A program made the position numbers and the translations under genes. This document shows positions 20,874 through 31,296 of a stretch of DNA of 64,000 nucleotides, piece after piece. Position 1 is the first letter of the stretch, and every line of letters starts with the position of its first letter. Source of the stretch: Clostridiales bacterium (GTDB lineage Bacteria > Bacillota > Clostridia > Oscillospirales > Acutalibacteraceae); contig JAILOG010000016.1 of NCBI GenBank assembly GCA_024690965.1, positions 204,410 through 268,409 on the forward strand, written 5' to 3'. A model generated the notes under the pieces. That model did no database searches and had not been told where the DNA came from. It saw only the letters and a list, made by a program, of their open reading frames with translations.

Positions 20874-21329
20874 TCAAATTTTAATTTTCAGATCTCTGCT
20901 GTCAAGCACTATGGTAACGGGACCGTCATTTAAAAGCTCAAGCTTCATATCCGCGCCGAAAACGCCCTTTTGCACATTTAGTTTCCCGGATAATCTGTCG
21001 CAAAAATAATTATACAATTGTTCTGCTTTTTCGGGATCCGCCGCTTCACCGAAATACGGTCTGTTACCGTGTGAGCAGTCGGCGCACAGCGTAAAATTTG
21101 AAATAACAAGCAAGCTGCCTCCCACATCTCCGAGTGAAAGATTTATTTTACCGTTTTCGTCACAAAATATGCGCATAGAGTATATCTTATCCGCAACGGC
21201 GTCAGCGTGAGGTATCTCGTCGCCTTGCTCTACGCCTAGCAAAACAACAAAGCCTTTATCTATCTTTCCCGTTACCTCACCGTTTACCGTAACGCAGGCA
21301 CGGGCACATCTTTGTATTACTGCTTTCAT
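20874..21329 (-). CDS. dtd: D-aminoacyl-tRNA deacylase
   Basis: MKAVIQRC...VVLLGV, and the SxGPVT-like segment NDGPVTIVLDS. 151 aa. Lies immediately downstream of relA, as in most Firmicutes. Confidence 0.9.
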   Translation of the reverse strand: MKAVIQRCARACVTVNGEVTGKIDKGFVVLLGVEQGDEIPHADAVADKIYSMRIFCDENGKINLSLGDVGGSLLVISNFTLCADCSHGNRPYFGEAADPEKAEQLYNYFCDRLSGKLNVQKGVFGADMKLELLNDGPVTIVLDSRDLKIKI

Positions 21330-21335
21330 ATGTTA

Positions 21336-23537
21336 TCAGATCCTGTCTACCGACACAATGCCTTTTATCTTCATAAGCCGCTGAATAACAGCTCTTAAAT
21401 GGTCTTTTCCGTTAACCGAAACGGTAACATATACCGATGTAAGTCCGTTATCCTTATCGTTTGCCTCTTTAGAGTGCAAAGCGGTAATAAATATATGCAT
21501 AAGTGAAAGCTGATTTGTAACATCGGCTAAAAGTCCCGTTCTGTCATAAGCGCATATCTCAAGCGTTGCGCTGAACGTGTCTTTAACGTCCGTATCCCAT
21601 TTAACCTTTATCCAGCGGTCCTTTTGGTCATCCGCCGTTATATCCTTGGGAACATTTGAACAGCTTGTTTTGTGTACCGACAAGCCGTGACCTCTTGTAA
21701 TAAATCCTACTATATCGTCGCCCGGCAACGGATTGCAGCAGCCCGCGAATTTTATAAGTACGTCGTCAAGTCCTTCAACAATAATTCCGTTGCGTATTTT
21801 TTTAGGAACGATCTCCTCTACGCGCATTTGTGCTTCCTGCATGGCGCGGGGCTTTTCGGGTTCCACGTTCTTTTGGTATTCTTCTTTGATTTTGGGCAGA
21901 CATTTCCAAAGCTGTATTCCGCCGTAGCCTATTGCCGCGCAAAAGTCGTCAAAGCCGGCGCAGTGCTGGCGCTGCATAACAGGTTTAAGCAAAGCGGGAA
22001 GTTCATCTTCAGGCACAAGGATTCGGTTCTTTTTAAGTTCCCTCATTAATTCCGCTTTGCCCTCGACAATATTCTCGTCTCTGCGCTCGCGCTTGAACCA
22101 ACTGCGTATTTTGCTTCTGGCTTCGCTCGTTTTCACAATATTAAGCCAGTCGCGTTTCGGTCCGCCTTCTTTTGCAGTGATTATCTCTATTATTTCACCT
22201 GTTTTAACCTGATAGTCGATAGGCACTATCCTTTGGTCTACCTTTGCGCCTATCATACGGTTGCCTACCTCAGAGTGTATTGCGTATGCCATATCTATTG
22301 TAGTAGACCCTGCGGGCAGGCTGATAAGGTCGCCTTTAGGTGTGAAAACAAACACCTCGTCTGCCGCAAGCTCCGTTTTTATACTTCCCAAAAGGGCAGA
22401 GCTGTCCTCGCTGTCCTGTTGGTTTTCAAGCATTCGGCGCACCCACGCTATGCGCTCCTCAAAGTGGTCTTTTTTAGAAAGCTTTAATTTATACTTCCAG
22501 TGCGCCGCGATACCGTATTCCGCGGTTTGGTGCATTTCAAATGTTCTTATCTGCACCTCAAACGGTATTGCCTCTTTATCTACTACCGTTGTATGAAGCG
22601 AGCGGTAGTTATTTGGCTTAGGCATTGAAATATAATCTTTAAATCTGTTCGGCAACGGCTGAAACTGATCGTGAATTATACCCATTACGTGATAACATTC
22701 CGCAACGGTATCTACAATAACTCTTACGGCAAATATATCGTATATTTCTTCAAAGCTTTTGCCTTGCATTATTGTTTTGCGGTAAATTCCGTTAATACTT
22801 TTTACCCTGCCCTCTATCTTCGCATGGGGCATAACCTCGTGAACACGGTTCGCAACGGTAATCTTTATGCGCTCCAAAAACTCCGCCCTGTCTTCTTTAA
22901 GCTTGTTGAGCTTATCTTCTATCTCTTTATATCCTATGGGATCAAGGTAATGAAGAGATAAATCCTCCATTTCTTCTTTTATGGGACGTATACCCAGTCT
23001 GTGTGCGATTGGGGCGTAAAGCTCCATGGTCTCACGGGCAATATCACGCCTTTTCTGCTCGCGCATACAGTCAATAGTCCGCATATTGTGCAGACGGTCC
23101 GCAAGCTTTATGATGATAACTCTTATGTCGTCCGCCATGGCGATAAACATTTTGCGCACATTTTCCGCCTGCTGTTCCTCTTTAGAGCTTGTAGGCAACT
23201 TTTTAAGCTTTGTTACACCGTTTATGAGCTTTGCTATGTCTTTGCCGAACATAGACTTTATCTGCTCTAAGGTAACGGGAGTATCCTCTACGACATCGTG
23301 CAAAAGGGCGGCGGCTATGGATTCGCTGTCCATACCGAGCTCGGCAAGTATACAAGCAACAGATGTGGGGTGCAGTATATACGGAACGCCCGACACACGC
23401 CTTTGATCGCCGTGCATCTCATCGGCAAGCTTATAAGCTTTGTCGATAAGGTCCATATCGTAATCCTGACCGCTTTCTCTGAGCATTCTTTTTAATTCTT
23501 CATAATCCTGATAGAACTTTGTACCGTAAGCAGCCAT
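21336..23537 (-). CDS. relA: Bifunctional (p)ppGpp synthetase/hydrolase RelA/SpoT
   Basis: HD domain (HDVVEDT), RelA_SpoT synthetase domain, TGS and C-terminal ACT. 733 aa. Confidence 0.95.
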   Translation of the reverse strand: MAAYGTKFYQDYEELKRMLRESGQDYDMDLIDKAYKLADEMHGDQRRVSGVPYILHPTSVACILAELGMDSESIAAALLHDVVEDTPVTLEQIKSMFGKDIAKLINGVTKLKKLPTSSKEEQQAENVRKMFIAMADDIRVIIIKLADRLHNMRTIDCMREQKRRDIARETMELYAPIAHRLGIRPIKEEMEDLSLHYLDPIGYKEIEDKLNKLKEDRAEFLERIKITVANRVHEVMPHAKIEGRVKSINGIYRKTIMQGKSFEEIYDIFAVRVIVDTVAECYHVMGIIHDQFQPLPNRFKDYISMPKPNNYRSLHTTVVDKEAIPFEVQIRTFEMHQTAEYGIAAHWKYKLKLSKKDHFEERIAWVRRMLENQQDSEDSSALLGSIKTELAADEVFVFTPKGDLISLPAGSTTIDMAYAIHSEVGNRMIGAKVDQRIVPIDYQVKTGEIIEIITAKEGGPKRDWLNIVKTSEARSKIRSWFKRERRDENIVEGKAELMRELKKNRILVPEDELPALLKPVMQRQHCAGFDDFCAAIGYGGIQLWKCLPKIKEEYQKNVEPEKPRAMQEAQMRVEEIVPKKIRNGIIVEGLDDVLIKFAGCCNPLPGDDIVGFITRGHGLSVHKTSCSNVPKDITADDQKDRWIKVKWDTDVKDTFSATLEICAYDRTGLLADVTNQLSLMHIFITALHSKEANDKDNGLTSVYVTVSVNGKDHLRAVIQRLMKIKGIVSVDRI

Positions 23538-23545
23538 AGCTTCAA

Positions 23546-25597
23546 TTACCTCCCTTGCAGTTTTTCGTTGATTCTCATTATTATAGGAGCTGTGTTCAAA
23601 TCTACCTTTTTAGAAACTTCATTAATTTTTATATTATATTTATCTGCTGTTATTTTTGTGTCAATTAATCCCGTTTGACACATTGCGTCAAGCATCACCG
23701 CGATTTTACCGCAGTTTTTCGCATCAAGCTTCATTAAGCTGCAAATGCCGTCTATTGTGTATTGCTCTCTCGGGCAGGTTTTGAGAAATCGGTAAAGCAG
23801 AGCAAAATCGTTTCTTGACGGCGCAAGCTCCTGCAACTCTTGCGCGGTTAACGTGTGTCCCGCACAAAGTCTGTCGTATAAGCGATACGTGTAAAGAGCT
23901 GAATCGGTATCAAAATCCGAGGCTTTGATATCCCTTATTATCACAGACAAATATTTGTTATTATTATACTCATTAATACCGAGATTAACAGCCAGATCCA
24001 CTTTATCACCTGTCAAATAGTTGAATTGCTCCACCGTTTGAGAAAATTTAACAGCTGTAAATCTTACATTATCTCTCTTGAGACCGAGTCTTATATGCTT
24101 TCCTCCGCCGATTGGCGTAATGCTTTCAATAATCGAATTGTATATGCCGAACAAAGGCTCGGGATTGCCCGCGCCGAACGGCTCAAGCATAGAAATATTG
24201 TCAACAAGCTCAATACCGAGTATTTCGGGGCGCAACTTGATATCTATATCCAAAAACGGATACGGCATGTCAAATTCATCAGCGTAAGCTTCTATCTTTT
24301 CAATAAACTTACCTATATTCTCACATTTAAGTCCAAAGCCCGCCGCCATGGGATGTCCGCCGCAATGCTCAAGCAAATCGCTGCAATAAAACAGCGCGTC
24401 ACAAATTGCAAATCCGTCTATACTTCTGCAGGAACCCTGTGCGCTGTCACCGTTTTTCGAGATAACGATAACAGGCTTTCCGTATATTTCTTTAAGTCTT
24501 GCCGCAACTATTCCTATAACACCTACATGCCAGTCATCTCCGCAGACGATTATCAAATTTCTGTGTTTGATAACAGGGTCAGACTCTATAATACTTACGG
24601 CAGATGAAAATATCTCCTGTTCTAACTGTTGACGGCTCTTATTGTTTTTTCCTATCCTTTCTGCCAACTCAGCGGTATATTCTTCGTCATCGCTTAAGAG
24701 AAATCCCACTATGTCGGTCGTATCTCCGAGCCTGCCCATCGCGTTGATCCTCGGCACGATACCATACGCCACATCTGACGCGCTTATATTGTCCGGTTTT
24801 ATCCCTGCTTCGTTAAGCATTGCTACGATGCCCTGACGCTCCGTGTTGGAAAGGGCATTCAATCCGTATTTAACAAGAAATCTATTTTCGTCGCTTAATT
24901 CAACTATATCTCCTATCGTACCGACAGCCACAAGATCGGCATAATTATCAAGCAATGAATATATATCGCAGTCTTTGCCTTCCAAAGCGCATATCACCTT
25001 AAAGGCTACTCCTACGCCGGAATAAAATTTGAATTTGCTTTGGCAATCTATTCTGTGAGGGTCTACAACAGCCACGGCATTAGGTAATGTTTCAATAGGC
25101 GTATGGTGGTCTGTAACCACTGTATCTATTCCCTTTTGCAAGGCATAGTCTATTTCCCTGTGGGCGGTTATGCCGTTATCTACAGTTATGATAAGAGTTA
25201 CGCCCAACTCATACATCTTATCTATGACACCGAGGTTCAGCCCGTAGCCGTCCTCCTGCCTGTGGGGGATCATAAAAATAACGTTGGCTCCCATTGCGGA
25301 AAGATAAGAATACATAACCGCGGTAGAGGTTATACCGTCGGCGTCATAATCACCGTAAACGCAAATTTTCTCAAAATTATCTATTGCAGATGTAATTCTT
25401 TCCACTGCCTTGTCCATATCCGCGAAATCGAACGGTGACTGAACAACATGCTCATCCGACAAATAGTTTATTGCGTCATCACGCTTGTTTATACCGCGCA
25501 AACTTAAAAGCATTGCTGTCATTAATGGCAGACTGCACGCATTCGCGAGCATATTTGCGTTATCCTTATCCAGATGAGAGACGATCCATTTTTTCAT
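23546..25597 (-). CDS. recJ: Single-stranded-DNA-specific exonuclease RecJ
   Basis: DHH (GDYDADGITSTAV, DHH) and DHHA1 motifs. 683 aa. Confidence 0.93.
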   Translation of the reverse strand: MKKWIVSHLDKDNANMLANACSLPLMTAMLLSLRGINKRDDAINYLSDEHVVQSPFDFADMDKAVERITSAIDNFEKICVYGDYDADGITSTAVMYSYLSAMGANVIFMIPHRQEDGYGLNLGVIDKMYELGVTLIITVDNGITAHREIDYALQKGIDTVVTDHHTPIETLPNAVAVVDPHRIDCQSKFKFYSGVGVAFKVICALEGKDCDIYSLLDNYADLVAVGTIGDIVELSDENRFLVKYGLNALSNTERQGIVAMLNEAGIKPDNISASDVAYGIVPRINAMGRLGDTTDIVGFLLSDDEEYTAELAERIGKNNKSRQQLEQEIFSSAVSIIESDPVIKHRNLIIVCGDDWHVGVIGIVAARLKEIYGKPVIVISKNGDSAQGSCRSIDGFAICDALFYCSDLLEHCGGHPMAAGFGLKCENIGKFIEKIEAYADEFDMPYPFLDIDIKLRPEILGIELVDNISMLEPFGAGNPEPLFGIYNSIIESITPIGGGKHIRLGLKRDNVRFTAVKFSQTVEQFNYLTGDKVDLAVNLGINEYNNNKYLSVIIRDIKASDFDTDSALYTYRLYDRLCAGHTLTAQELQELAPSRNDFALLYRFLKTCPREQYTIDGICSLMKLDAKNCGKIAVMLDAMCQTGLIDTKITADKYNIKINEVSKKVDLNTAPIIMRINEKLQGR

Positions 25598-25744
25598 AAT
25601 TTTCCCCTAAATTACAATCATTAGGGTTGATTATATCACTTTATGCGCCTTTTTTCAACTTTTTTCTGCTATTTACTAATAAAATATAGAATTTGAACTA
25701 ATTAAGAAAAATACTAATAAACGTCACAAAAAATAAAAAAAGCC

Positions 25745-25773
25745 TTGACAACTTCACACATTTAATATATAAT
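25745..25773 (+). promoter_or_regulatory. Consensus sigma-A promoter for ylxM-ffh-rpsP
   Basis: TTGACA, then a 17-bp spacer, then TATAAT (25745-25750 / 25768-25773). About 45 nt upstream of ylxM. Confidence 0.7.
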
Positions 25774-25820
25774 ATCCGCGTTGTAAAGGCAAACGCCTTT
25801 ACACAAAGGAGTCGTTTTAT

Positions 25821-26174
25821 ATGAGAGATAAGCTGAAAATGTCTTTGCTGCTTGATTTTTACGGCGGCTTACTTACCGAAAAGCAAAGAGATATATCTGA
25901 GCTTTACTATAACGGCGACTATTCTTTAAGCGAGATAGCAGACGATCTGCGTATATCACGCCAAGGCGTGCGCGACTCGTTAGTCCGCGCTGAGGCAATA
26001 CTTACGGAGCTTGAGGAAAAAATCGGCTTTGCCGGTAAATACAGCGAGATCGCAAACAACAACAAGCTCATAAAAAATACCGTTTTGAATGCACTTGAAA
26101 TGCAAAATGCAGATGATATAAAAGCTTCTCTGCGTAAAATTCTCGCGATTATTGATGACGAATCTAATGTTTAA
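25821..26174 (+). CDS. ylxM: UPF0122 HTH protein YlxM (sigma-70 region-4-like, precedes ffh)
   Basis: LLLDFYGGLLTEKQRDISELYYNGDYSLSEIADDLRISRQGVRDSL. Confidence 0.85.
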   Translation: MRDKLKMSLLLDFYGGLLTEKQRDISELYYNGDYSLSEIADDLRISRQGVRDSLVRAEAILTELEEKIGFAGKYSEIANNNKLIKNTVLNALEMQNADDIKASLRKILAIIDDESNV

Positions 26175-26201
26175 CTTATTATTTGAAAGGGACTTATTGA
26201 T

Positions 26202-27551
26202 ATGGCTTTTGAAGGACTTTCGCAAAAATTAAGCTCTGCCTTTAAGAAGCTGCGCTCAAAAGGGCGCCTTAACGAGCGTGATGTTAAAGACGCAATGCGT
26301 GAAGTAAGGCTTGCTTTGCTTGAAGCAGACGTTAATTTTAAAATTGCCAAAGATTTTACTGCAAAGGTAACCGAGCGTGCGATAGGCTCAGATGTTTTGG
26401 AAAGCCTTACTCCCGCACAAATGGTAATTAAAATTGTTAACGAGGAGCTTACTTCTCTTATGGGAAGCACCAGTTCACGTTTGGAGCTTTCCTCAAATCC
26501 ACCCACTGTAATTATGATGTGCGGCTTACAGGGCTCGGGTAAAACAACCCACTCGGCAAAGCTCGCAAAGATGCTTTTGTCACAGGGACACAGACCGTTG
26601 CTTGTCGCCTGCGACGTATACAGGCCCGCCGCTATTGACCAGCTCAAGGTTGTCGGAGCAAAAGCAGGCGCTCCTGTGTTCGAGATGGGTAAGGATAACC
26701 CCGTTAAAATTTCACAGCAGGCTATAAAGCACGCAAAAGACTACGGAAACGACATCGTAATACTTGACACCGCAGGCAGACTTCACATTGACGAACAACT
26801 GATGGGTGAACTTAAGCAGATAAAAGAAGCTGTAAACCCGAACGAGATACTGCTTGTTGTTGACTCTATGACAGGCCAGGACGCGGTTAACGTCGCAAAA
26901 AGCTTCAACGACTTGCTGGATATAACAGGCGTTATATTAACAAAGCTTGACGGTGATACAAGAGGCGGCGCGGCGCTTTCGGTAAAAGAAGTTACAGGCA
27001 AACCTATCAAATTCTGCGGTATGGGTGAAAAGCTTGACGATCTTGAGGTCTTCCACCCCGACAGAATGGCTTCGCGTATCCTCGGTATGGGCGATGTTCT
27101 TACTCTTATAGAAGACGCGGAAAACAAGCTCGACGCGAAAAAAGCCGAAGAAATGGCCGACAAGCTCGCAAAGAATAAATACGACTTAAACGACCTTTTA
27201 GATCAGTTTGATCAAATAAAAAGGCTCGGGCCTTTAAAAAGTGTGCTTTCAAAGCTTCCGGGTGTCGGAAACAAGCTTGATAACGTTGAGTTTGACGACA
27301 GACAGATAGACCGCTTGGCTTCAATAATAATGTCTATGACTCCCAAAGAGCGTGAAAAGCCCGATTTAATAAACGCTTCACGCAAAAAGAGAATCGCGGC
27401 GGGCAGCGGTTCAAAAATTGAAGACGTTAACCGTTTGCTTCGCCAATTTGAACAAATGAAAAAAATGGTAAAGCAAATGAACGGGCCGTCCGGCAAAAAG
27501 AAAATGCGTCATTTGCCGGGACTTGGCGGACCGGGCAGACGCGGCTTTTAA
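26202..27551 (+). CDS. ffh: Signal recognition particle protein Ffh
   Basis: N/G domain (GLQGSGKTT, DTAGR) and Met-rich M domain. 449 aa. Confidence 0.97.
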   Translation: MAFEGLSQKLSSAFKKLRSKGRLNERDVKDAMREVRLALLEADVNFKIAKDFTAKVTERAIGSDVLESLTPAQMVIKIVNEELTSLMGSTSSRLELSSNPPTVIMMCGLQGSGKTTHSAKLAKMLLSQGHRPLLVACDVYRPAAIDQLKVVGAKAGAPVFEMGKDNPVKISQQAIKHAKDYGNDIVILDTAGRLHIDEQLMGELKQIKEAVNPNEILLVVDSMTGQDAVNVAKSFNDLLDITGVILTKLDGDTRGGAALSVKEVTGKPIKFCGMGEKLDDLEVFHPDRMASRILGMGDVLTLIEDAENKLDAKKAEEMADKLAKNKYDLNDLLDQFDQIKRLGPLKSVLSKLPGVGNKLDNVEFDDRQIDRLASIIMSMTPKEREKPDLINASRKKRIAAGSGSKIEDVNRLLRQFEQMKKMVKQMNGPSGKKKMRHLPGLGGPGRRGF

Positions 27552-27610
27552 TAAGTTTAAATTCGGAGATTCCGATATTTATAAAAAATAATTTACGGAG
27601 GTGAAACATA

Positions 27611-27856
27611 ATGGCAGTTAAAATCAGACTTCGCAGAATGGGCGCTAAGAAAAGTCCTTTCTATCGTATAGTTGTTGCAGACTCAAGATACCCCAGAGAC
27701 GGTCGTTTTATTGAGGAATTAGGTTATTATAATCCTGTTGCCGATCCGGTTGTTGTTAAGGTAGACGCCGAAAAAGCAAAAAAATGGATAGCAAACGGCG
27801 CACAACCGACTGACACCGTAAAAGCATTATTAAAGAAAAACAATGTAATTGACTGA
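27611..27856 (+). CDS. rpsP: 30S ribosomal protein S16
   Basis: [26 protein letters not shown]. Confidence 0.97.
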   Translation: MAVKIRLRRMGAKKSPFYRIVVADSRYPRDGRFIEELGYYNPVADPVVVKVDAEKAKKWIANGAQPTDTVKALLKKNNVID

Positions 27857-27900
27857 TTATTATAATTTGTCTGATATCAAAAAAGAAAGGTGATACCATA

Positions 27901-28134
27901 ATGGAAAATTTACTTAAAGTAATAGCACAAGGTCTTGTTGAAGATCCCGATGCTGTAAACGTTACTGCTGACGAAGAAAACGAAGAAGGCATAATCGTTT
28001 ACCATCTTCACGTTGCACAGGACGATATGGGCAGAGTAATAGGCAAGCAAGGCAGAATTGCCAAGGCTATCCGTACTATCGCCCGCAGCGTTGCAATCAG
28101 AAAGAACATCAAGGTAATGGTAGAGATCGACTGA
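27901..28134 (+). CDS. KH-domain RNA-binding protein (YlqC-like)
   Basis: VIGKQGRIAKAIRTIARSV KH motif. 77 aa. Conserved location after rpsP. Confidence 0.85.
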   Translation: MENLLKVIAQGLVEDPDAVNVTADEENEEGIIVYHLHVAQDDMGRVIGKQGRIAKAIRTIARSVAIRKNIKVMVEID

Positions 28135-28146
28135 TTGGTCGGTTTT

Positions 28147-28193
28147 AAAAAAGGGGCTGAGCAAAAAATCAATTTTGCTACAGCCCCTTTTTT
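28147..28193. terminator. Bidirectional intrinsic terminator between the KH gene (+) and sigG (-)
   Basis: aaaaaaGGGGCTGagcaaaaaatcaattttgctaCAGCCCCtttttt. 7-bp GC stem flanked by an A-run and a T-run. Confidence 0.75.
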
Positions 28194-28197
28194 GCTG

Positions 28198-28980
28198 CTA
28201 TAATTCTTTTTTGATTCTGTCGAGCGCACCTTTTTCTATTCTGCTCACCTGCGCCTGAGAAATTCCTATCTCATTTGAGACTTCCATCTGCGTTTTTCCC
28301 TGAAAAAACCTGAGATTGAGTATTTTTCTTTCTCTCGGTGAAAGCTGAGATATCGCTTCGCGCAATGATATTTCCTCAAGCCACATGTTGTCGTCGTTCT
28401 TATCTCCTATTTGATCCATAACATAAACTGTGTCGTTGCTGTCGGTAAAAACAGGCTCATTAAGCGAAACAGGAGCTACTATAGCCTCAAGCGCAAGAAC
28501 AACGTCGGCTTTTTTCATATCAAGCTCTTTTGCTATCATTTCTACACTCGGTTCCCTTCCCAATTCATTTGTTAATCGCTCTTTCACCTGCATTGCCTTA
28601 TATGCTGTATCGCGCATACTCCTGCTTACGCGTATATAGTTATAATCGCGTAAATATCTTCTTACTTCCCCGATAATCATAGGAACTCCGTACGTGGAAA
28701 ATTTTACATTCATATTACTGTCAAAATTATCTATTGCTTTAATAAGGCCTATACATCCCACCTGAAACAAATCGTCAATGTTTTCTCCCCTGTTCGTAAA
28801 TCTTTGGATTACGCTTAAAACAAGGCGTAAGTTCCCTCTTATCATTTTTTCGCGAGCTCTCTTTTTTTCAGATTCGCTTCCTTCACGCATAATACGGAAT
28901 AATTCAGATTTTTCCGCTTCAGATAAAACCTTTAAATTCGCAGTATTGATCCCGCAAATCTCTACCCTGCTGAACTGCAT
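28198..28980 (-). CDS. sigG: Sporulation sigma factor SigG
   Basis: Near-collinear with B. subtilis SigG (RVEICG..T..L.VL...E...LF......GNLRLVLSVIQRF.NRGE..DDLFQVGCIGL.K.IDNFD, C-terminal GKTQMEVS.EIGISQAQVSR.EK). ATG at 28980 with GGAGG 9 nt upstream. The track's TTG extension is rejected. Confidence 0.88.
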   Translation of the reverse strand: MQFSRVEICGINTANLKVLSEAEKSELFRIMREGSESEKKRAREKMIRGNLRLVLSVIQRFTNRGENIDDLFQVGCIGLIKAIDNFDSNMNVKFSTYGVPMIIGEVRRYLRDYNYIRVSRSMRDTAYKAMQVKERLTNELGREPSVEMIAKELDMKKADVVLALEAIVAPVSLNEPVFTDSNDTVYVMDQIGDKNDDNMWLEEISLREAISQLSPRERKILNLRFFQGKTQMEVSNEIGISQAQVSRIEKGALDRIKKEL

Positions 28981-29078
28981 TAAAAATCGCCTCCGCAATA
29001 CTAAAAAGTTTTTACTTTAAAAGTATTGCCGAAGGCGATTTTGTTAATTCATATTATCTGCACAAATAAAATCAAGTA

Positions 29079-30518
29079 TTAATACGCTTTTCCCCAATAA
29101 ACAAGCTTTTTGGCGGGTTTTCCGCAACAAACGCATTTTTGGGCAATATTTTCCTGCTCAAAAGGCATACAGCGTGAGCCGACACCTGTTAATTCTTTCA
29201 CCTTGTCTTCGCAGGCTTCTTCTCCGCACCACATAGCTTTTACAAAACCGTCGCCGTTTTCTTCAAGAGCTTTTATTATTTCGTCGGTATTTGTACAGGT
29301 GTATGTGTGCTTTTCTCTGTTTTCAAGCGCTTTTTGATATATGCCGTCGCGAACCTCATCAAGCTTTTTCAATACAGCGCTTTCAAGATCGTCAAGTGAA
29401 ACAATTGTTTTTTCACGGTTATGACGTGTAACAAGAACACACTGGTTGTTTTCAATATCCTTGGGTCCTATCTCTATTCTTACGGGAACGCCCTTCATTT
29501 CATACTCACTGAATTTCCAGCCGGGGCTGTTTTCGGAATCGTCAAGCTTAACACGGACGCTTTTGTTAAGTCTTTGAAGAAGCTCGTTTGCTTTTTCAAG
29601 AACGCCTTCTTTGTGCATTGCAATCGGCACGATAACAGCCTGAATGGGCGCGACCGCAGGGGGAAGCACAAGTCCGTTATCGTCGCCGTGGGTCATAATT
29701 ATCGCGCCTATAAGTCTTGTTGTAACTCCCCACGAGGTCTGGTAAGGATATACCAATTGGTTTTCTTTATTTGAATATTTTATATCAAACGCTCTCGCAA
29801 ATCCGTCTCCGAAATAATGGCTTGTGCCTGCCTGAAGTGCCTTGCCATCGTGCATAAGGGCTTCAATTGCGTATGTCATTTCGGCACCTGCAAATTTATC
29901 GCTGTCGGTTTTTCTCCCTTTAATTACGGGCATAGCAAGCTCATTTTCGCAAAAATCGGCGTAAACGTTCAACATTCTCTCGGTTTCTTCTATTGCCTCT
30001 TGTGCCGTTGCGTGAATTGTATGACCCTCTTGCCACAAAAATTCACGTGAACGTAAAAACGGTCTTGTTGTCTTTTCCCATCTTACAACATTGACCCACT
30101 GATTATAAAGCTTGGGCAAGTCTCTGTGAGAATGTATTATATTTGCGTAATGCTCGCAAAACAGAGTTTCCGATGTCGGGCGAACGCAAAGACGTTCTTC
30201 AAGCTTTTCGCTGCCGCCGTGCGTTACCCAGGCGACTTCCGGGGCAAACCCCTCTACGTGGTCTTTTTCCTTTTGGAGCAAACTTTCCGGAATAAACATA
30301 GGCATACACACGTTTTCATGTCCTGTTTGCTTAAATTTACCGTCAAGGATCTTCTGAATGTTCTCCCAGATCGCATAACCGTACGGTCTTATTACCATAC
30401 ATCCCTTAACACTTGTATATTCAATAAGCTCGGCTTTTTTCACTATGTCTGTATACCACTTGGCAAAATCTTCGTCCATAGATGTTATAGCTGTAACAAG
30501 CTTTTGTTTATCTGCCAT
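29079..30518 (-). CDS. proS: Proline--tRNA ligase (archaeal/eukaryotic-like class II ProRS, ProS type 3)
   Basis: 479 aa. Class II motifs. C-terminal Zn-binding tail [18 protein letters not shown] typical of ProRS-type 3. Confidence 0.93.
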   Translation of the reverse strand: MADKQKLVTAITSMDEDFAKWYTDIVKKAELIEYTSVKGCMVIRPYGYAIWENIQKILDGKFKQTGHENVCMPMFIPESLLQKEKDHVEGFAPEVAWVTHGGSEKLEERLCVRPTSETLFCEHYANIIHSHRDLPKLYNQWVNVVRWEKTTRPFLRSREFLWQEGHTIHATAQEAIEETERMLNVYADFCENELAMPVIKGRKTDSDKFAGAEMTYAIEALMHDGKALQAGTSHYFGDGFARAFDIKYSNKENQLVYPYQTSWGVTTRLIGAIIMTHGDDNGLVLPPAVAPIQAVIVPIAMHKEGVLEKANELLQRLNKSVRVKLDDSENSPGWKFSEYEMKGVPVRIEIGPKDIENNQCVLVTRHNREKTIVSLDDLESAVLKKLDEVRDGIYQKALENREKHTYTCTNTDEIIKALEENGDGFVKAMWCGEEACEDKVKELTGVGSRCMPFEQENIAQKCVCCGKPAKKLVYWGKAY

Positions 30519-30549
30519 TAATTATCTCTCCTGCCGTTATTAATTTTAA

Positions 30550-30578
30550 AAGCACGCATATTATACGTTTTTTAACTC
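30550..30578 (-). promoter_or_regulatory. Consensus sigma-A promoter for proS
   Basis: Minus strand: TTGACA (30578-30573), a 17-bp spacer, TATAAT (30555-30550). Leaves only about a 25-nt leader before the proS ATG. Confidence 0.7.
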
Positions 30579-30630
30579 TTTATGTCAATATTATACGGCT
30601 TAAAACTTATTAATGTTTAATATCTGCGAA

Positions 30631-30674
30631 CAACAGGTCATCCCATGTCAAATATAACAAAGGATGACCTGTTG
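30631..30674. repeat. Perfect 13-bp inverted repeat with 18-nt spacer upstream of the proS promoter
   Basis: caacaggtcatcc ...(18 nt)... ggatgacctgttg. No adjacent U-tract. Confidence 0.8.
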
Positions 30675-30729
30675 ACTTAACTTATATGTTTTTTACACTG
30701 CGTTATATGATTACACATGCTGTTTGTAA

Positions 30730-31296
30730 TCAATGCTCAACTGTATCCGCCAATCCTGCAAGGCATTTAAGAAGATCATTATAGTTATTGCCTACACCGT
30801 TATATGACAATGTAATACCGTTTTTAAAATACAGACAAATACTGTACGTGGTTGCATCGTAGGCAAAAAAGCCGTCGTTTTCGATTTTTGAGCGTTTAAT
30901 ACTATCTTTGATCTCTTCGATAAGCTTTAAATCCTGCGCGGAAGAAATAAAACTGTTCAACACCTGCTTTGATACCATAGCATTTTCAAAATCAATCTCT
31001 GAGTTGTCATTTGATTCGCTGTAATAATGCGCGCTCATATATAGCTTTCCGTCATCGTTACTTATCAAATCAAAAGAGCTGCATCCCTGAACATATGAAG
31101 CGCTTGATGAAAAACTCACCCCGGTGATATCTTCATAATTATATTCAATATAATCCTCGGGATTTGTACCGTCAGTGTCCGAATCCGAGTCGGAGTAAAC
31201 AATACTGTTGTACCACTCGGCGTTACAGCCCGAAAGCGTAACCAATGACAGTGCCGCAACGAGCAGTATCAAAGCAAAAGTAAATTTTTTTGTCAT
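30730..31296 (-). CDS. Lipoprotein of unknown function
   Basis: Lipobox LVTLSGC. SDSDSDTDGT linker. 188 aa. The ATG overlaps the stop of the upstream SPFH gene (TAATG). Confidence 0.7.
   Translation of the reverse strand: MTKKFTFALILLVAALSLVTLSGCNAEWYNSIVYSDSDSDTDGTNPEDYIEYNYEDITGVSFSSSASYVQGCSSFDLISNDDGKLYMSAHYYSESNDNSEIDFENAMVSKQVLNSFISSAQDLKLIEEIKDSIKRSKIENDGFFAYDATTYSICLYFKNGITLSYNGVGNNYNDLLKCLAGLADTVEH

Noticed and set aside
30519-30729. T-box leader upstream of proS. The same was looked for upstream of metG
   Set aside because: No T-box consensus (AATTAGGGTGGTACCGCG-like) or specifier/antiterminator architecture was found. Consensus promoters lie only about 25-50 nt from the start codons, which leaves no room for a roughly 250-nt leader.
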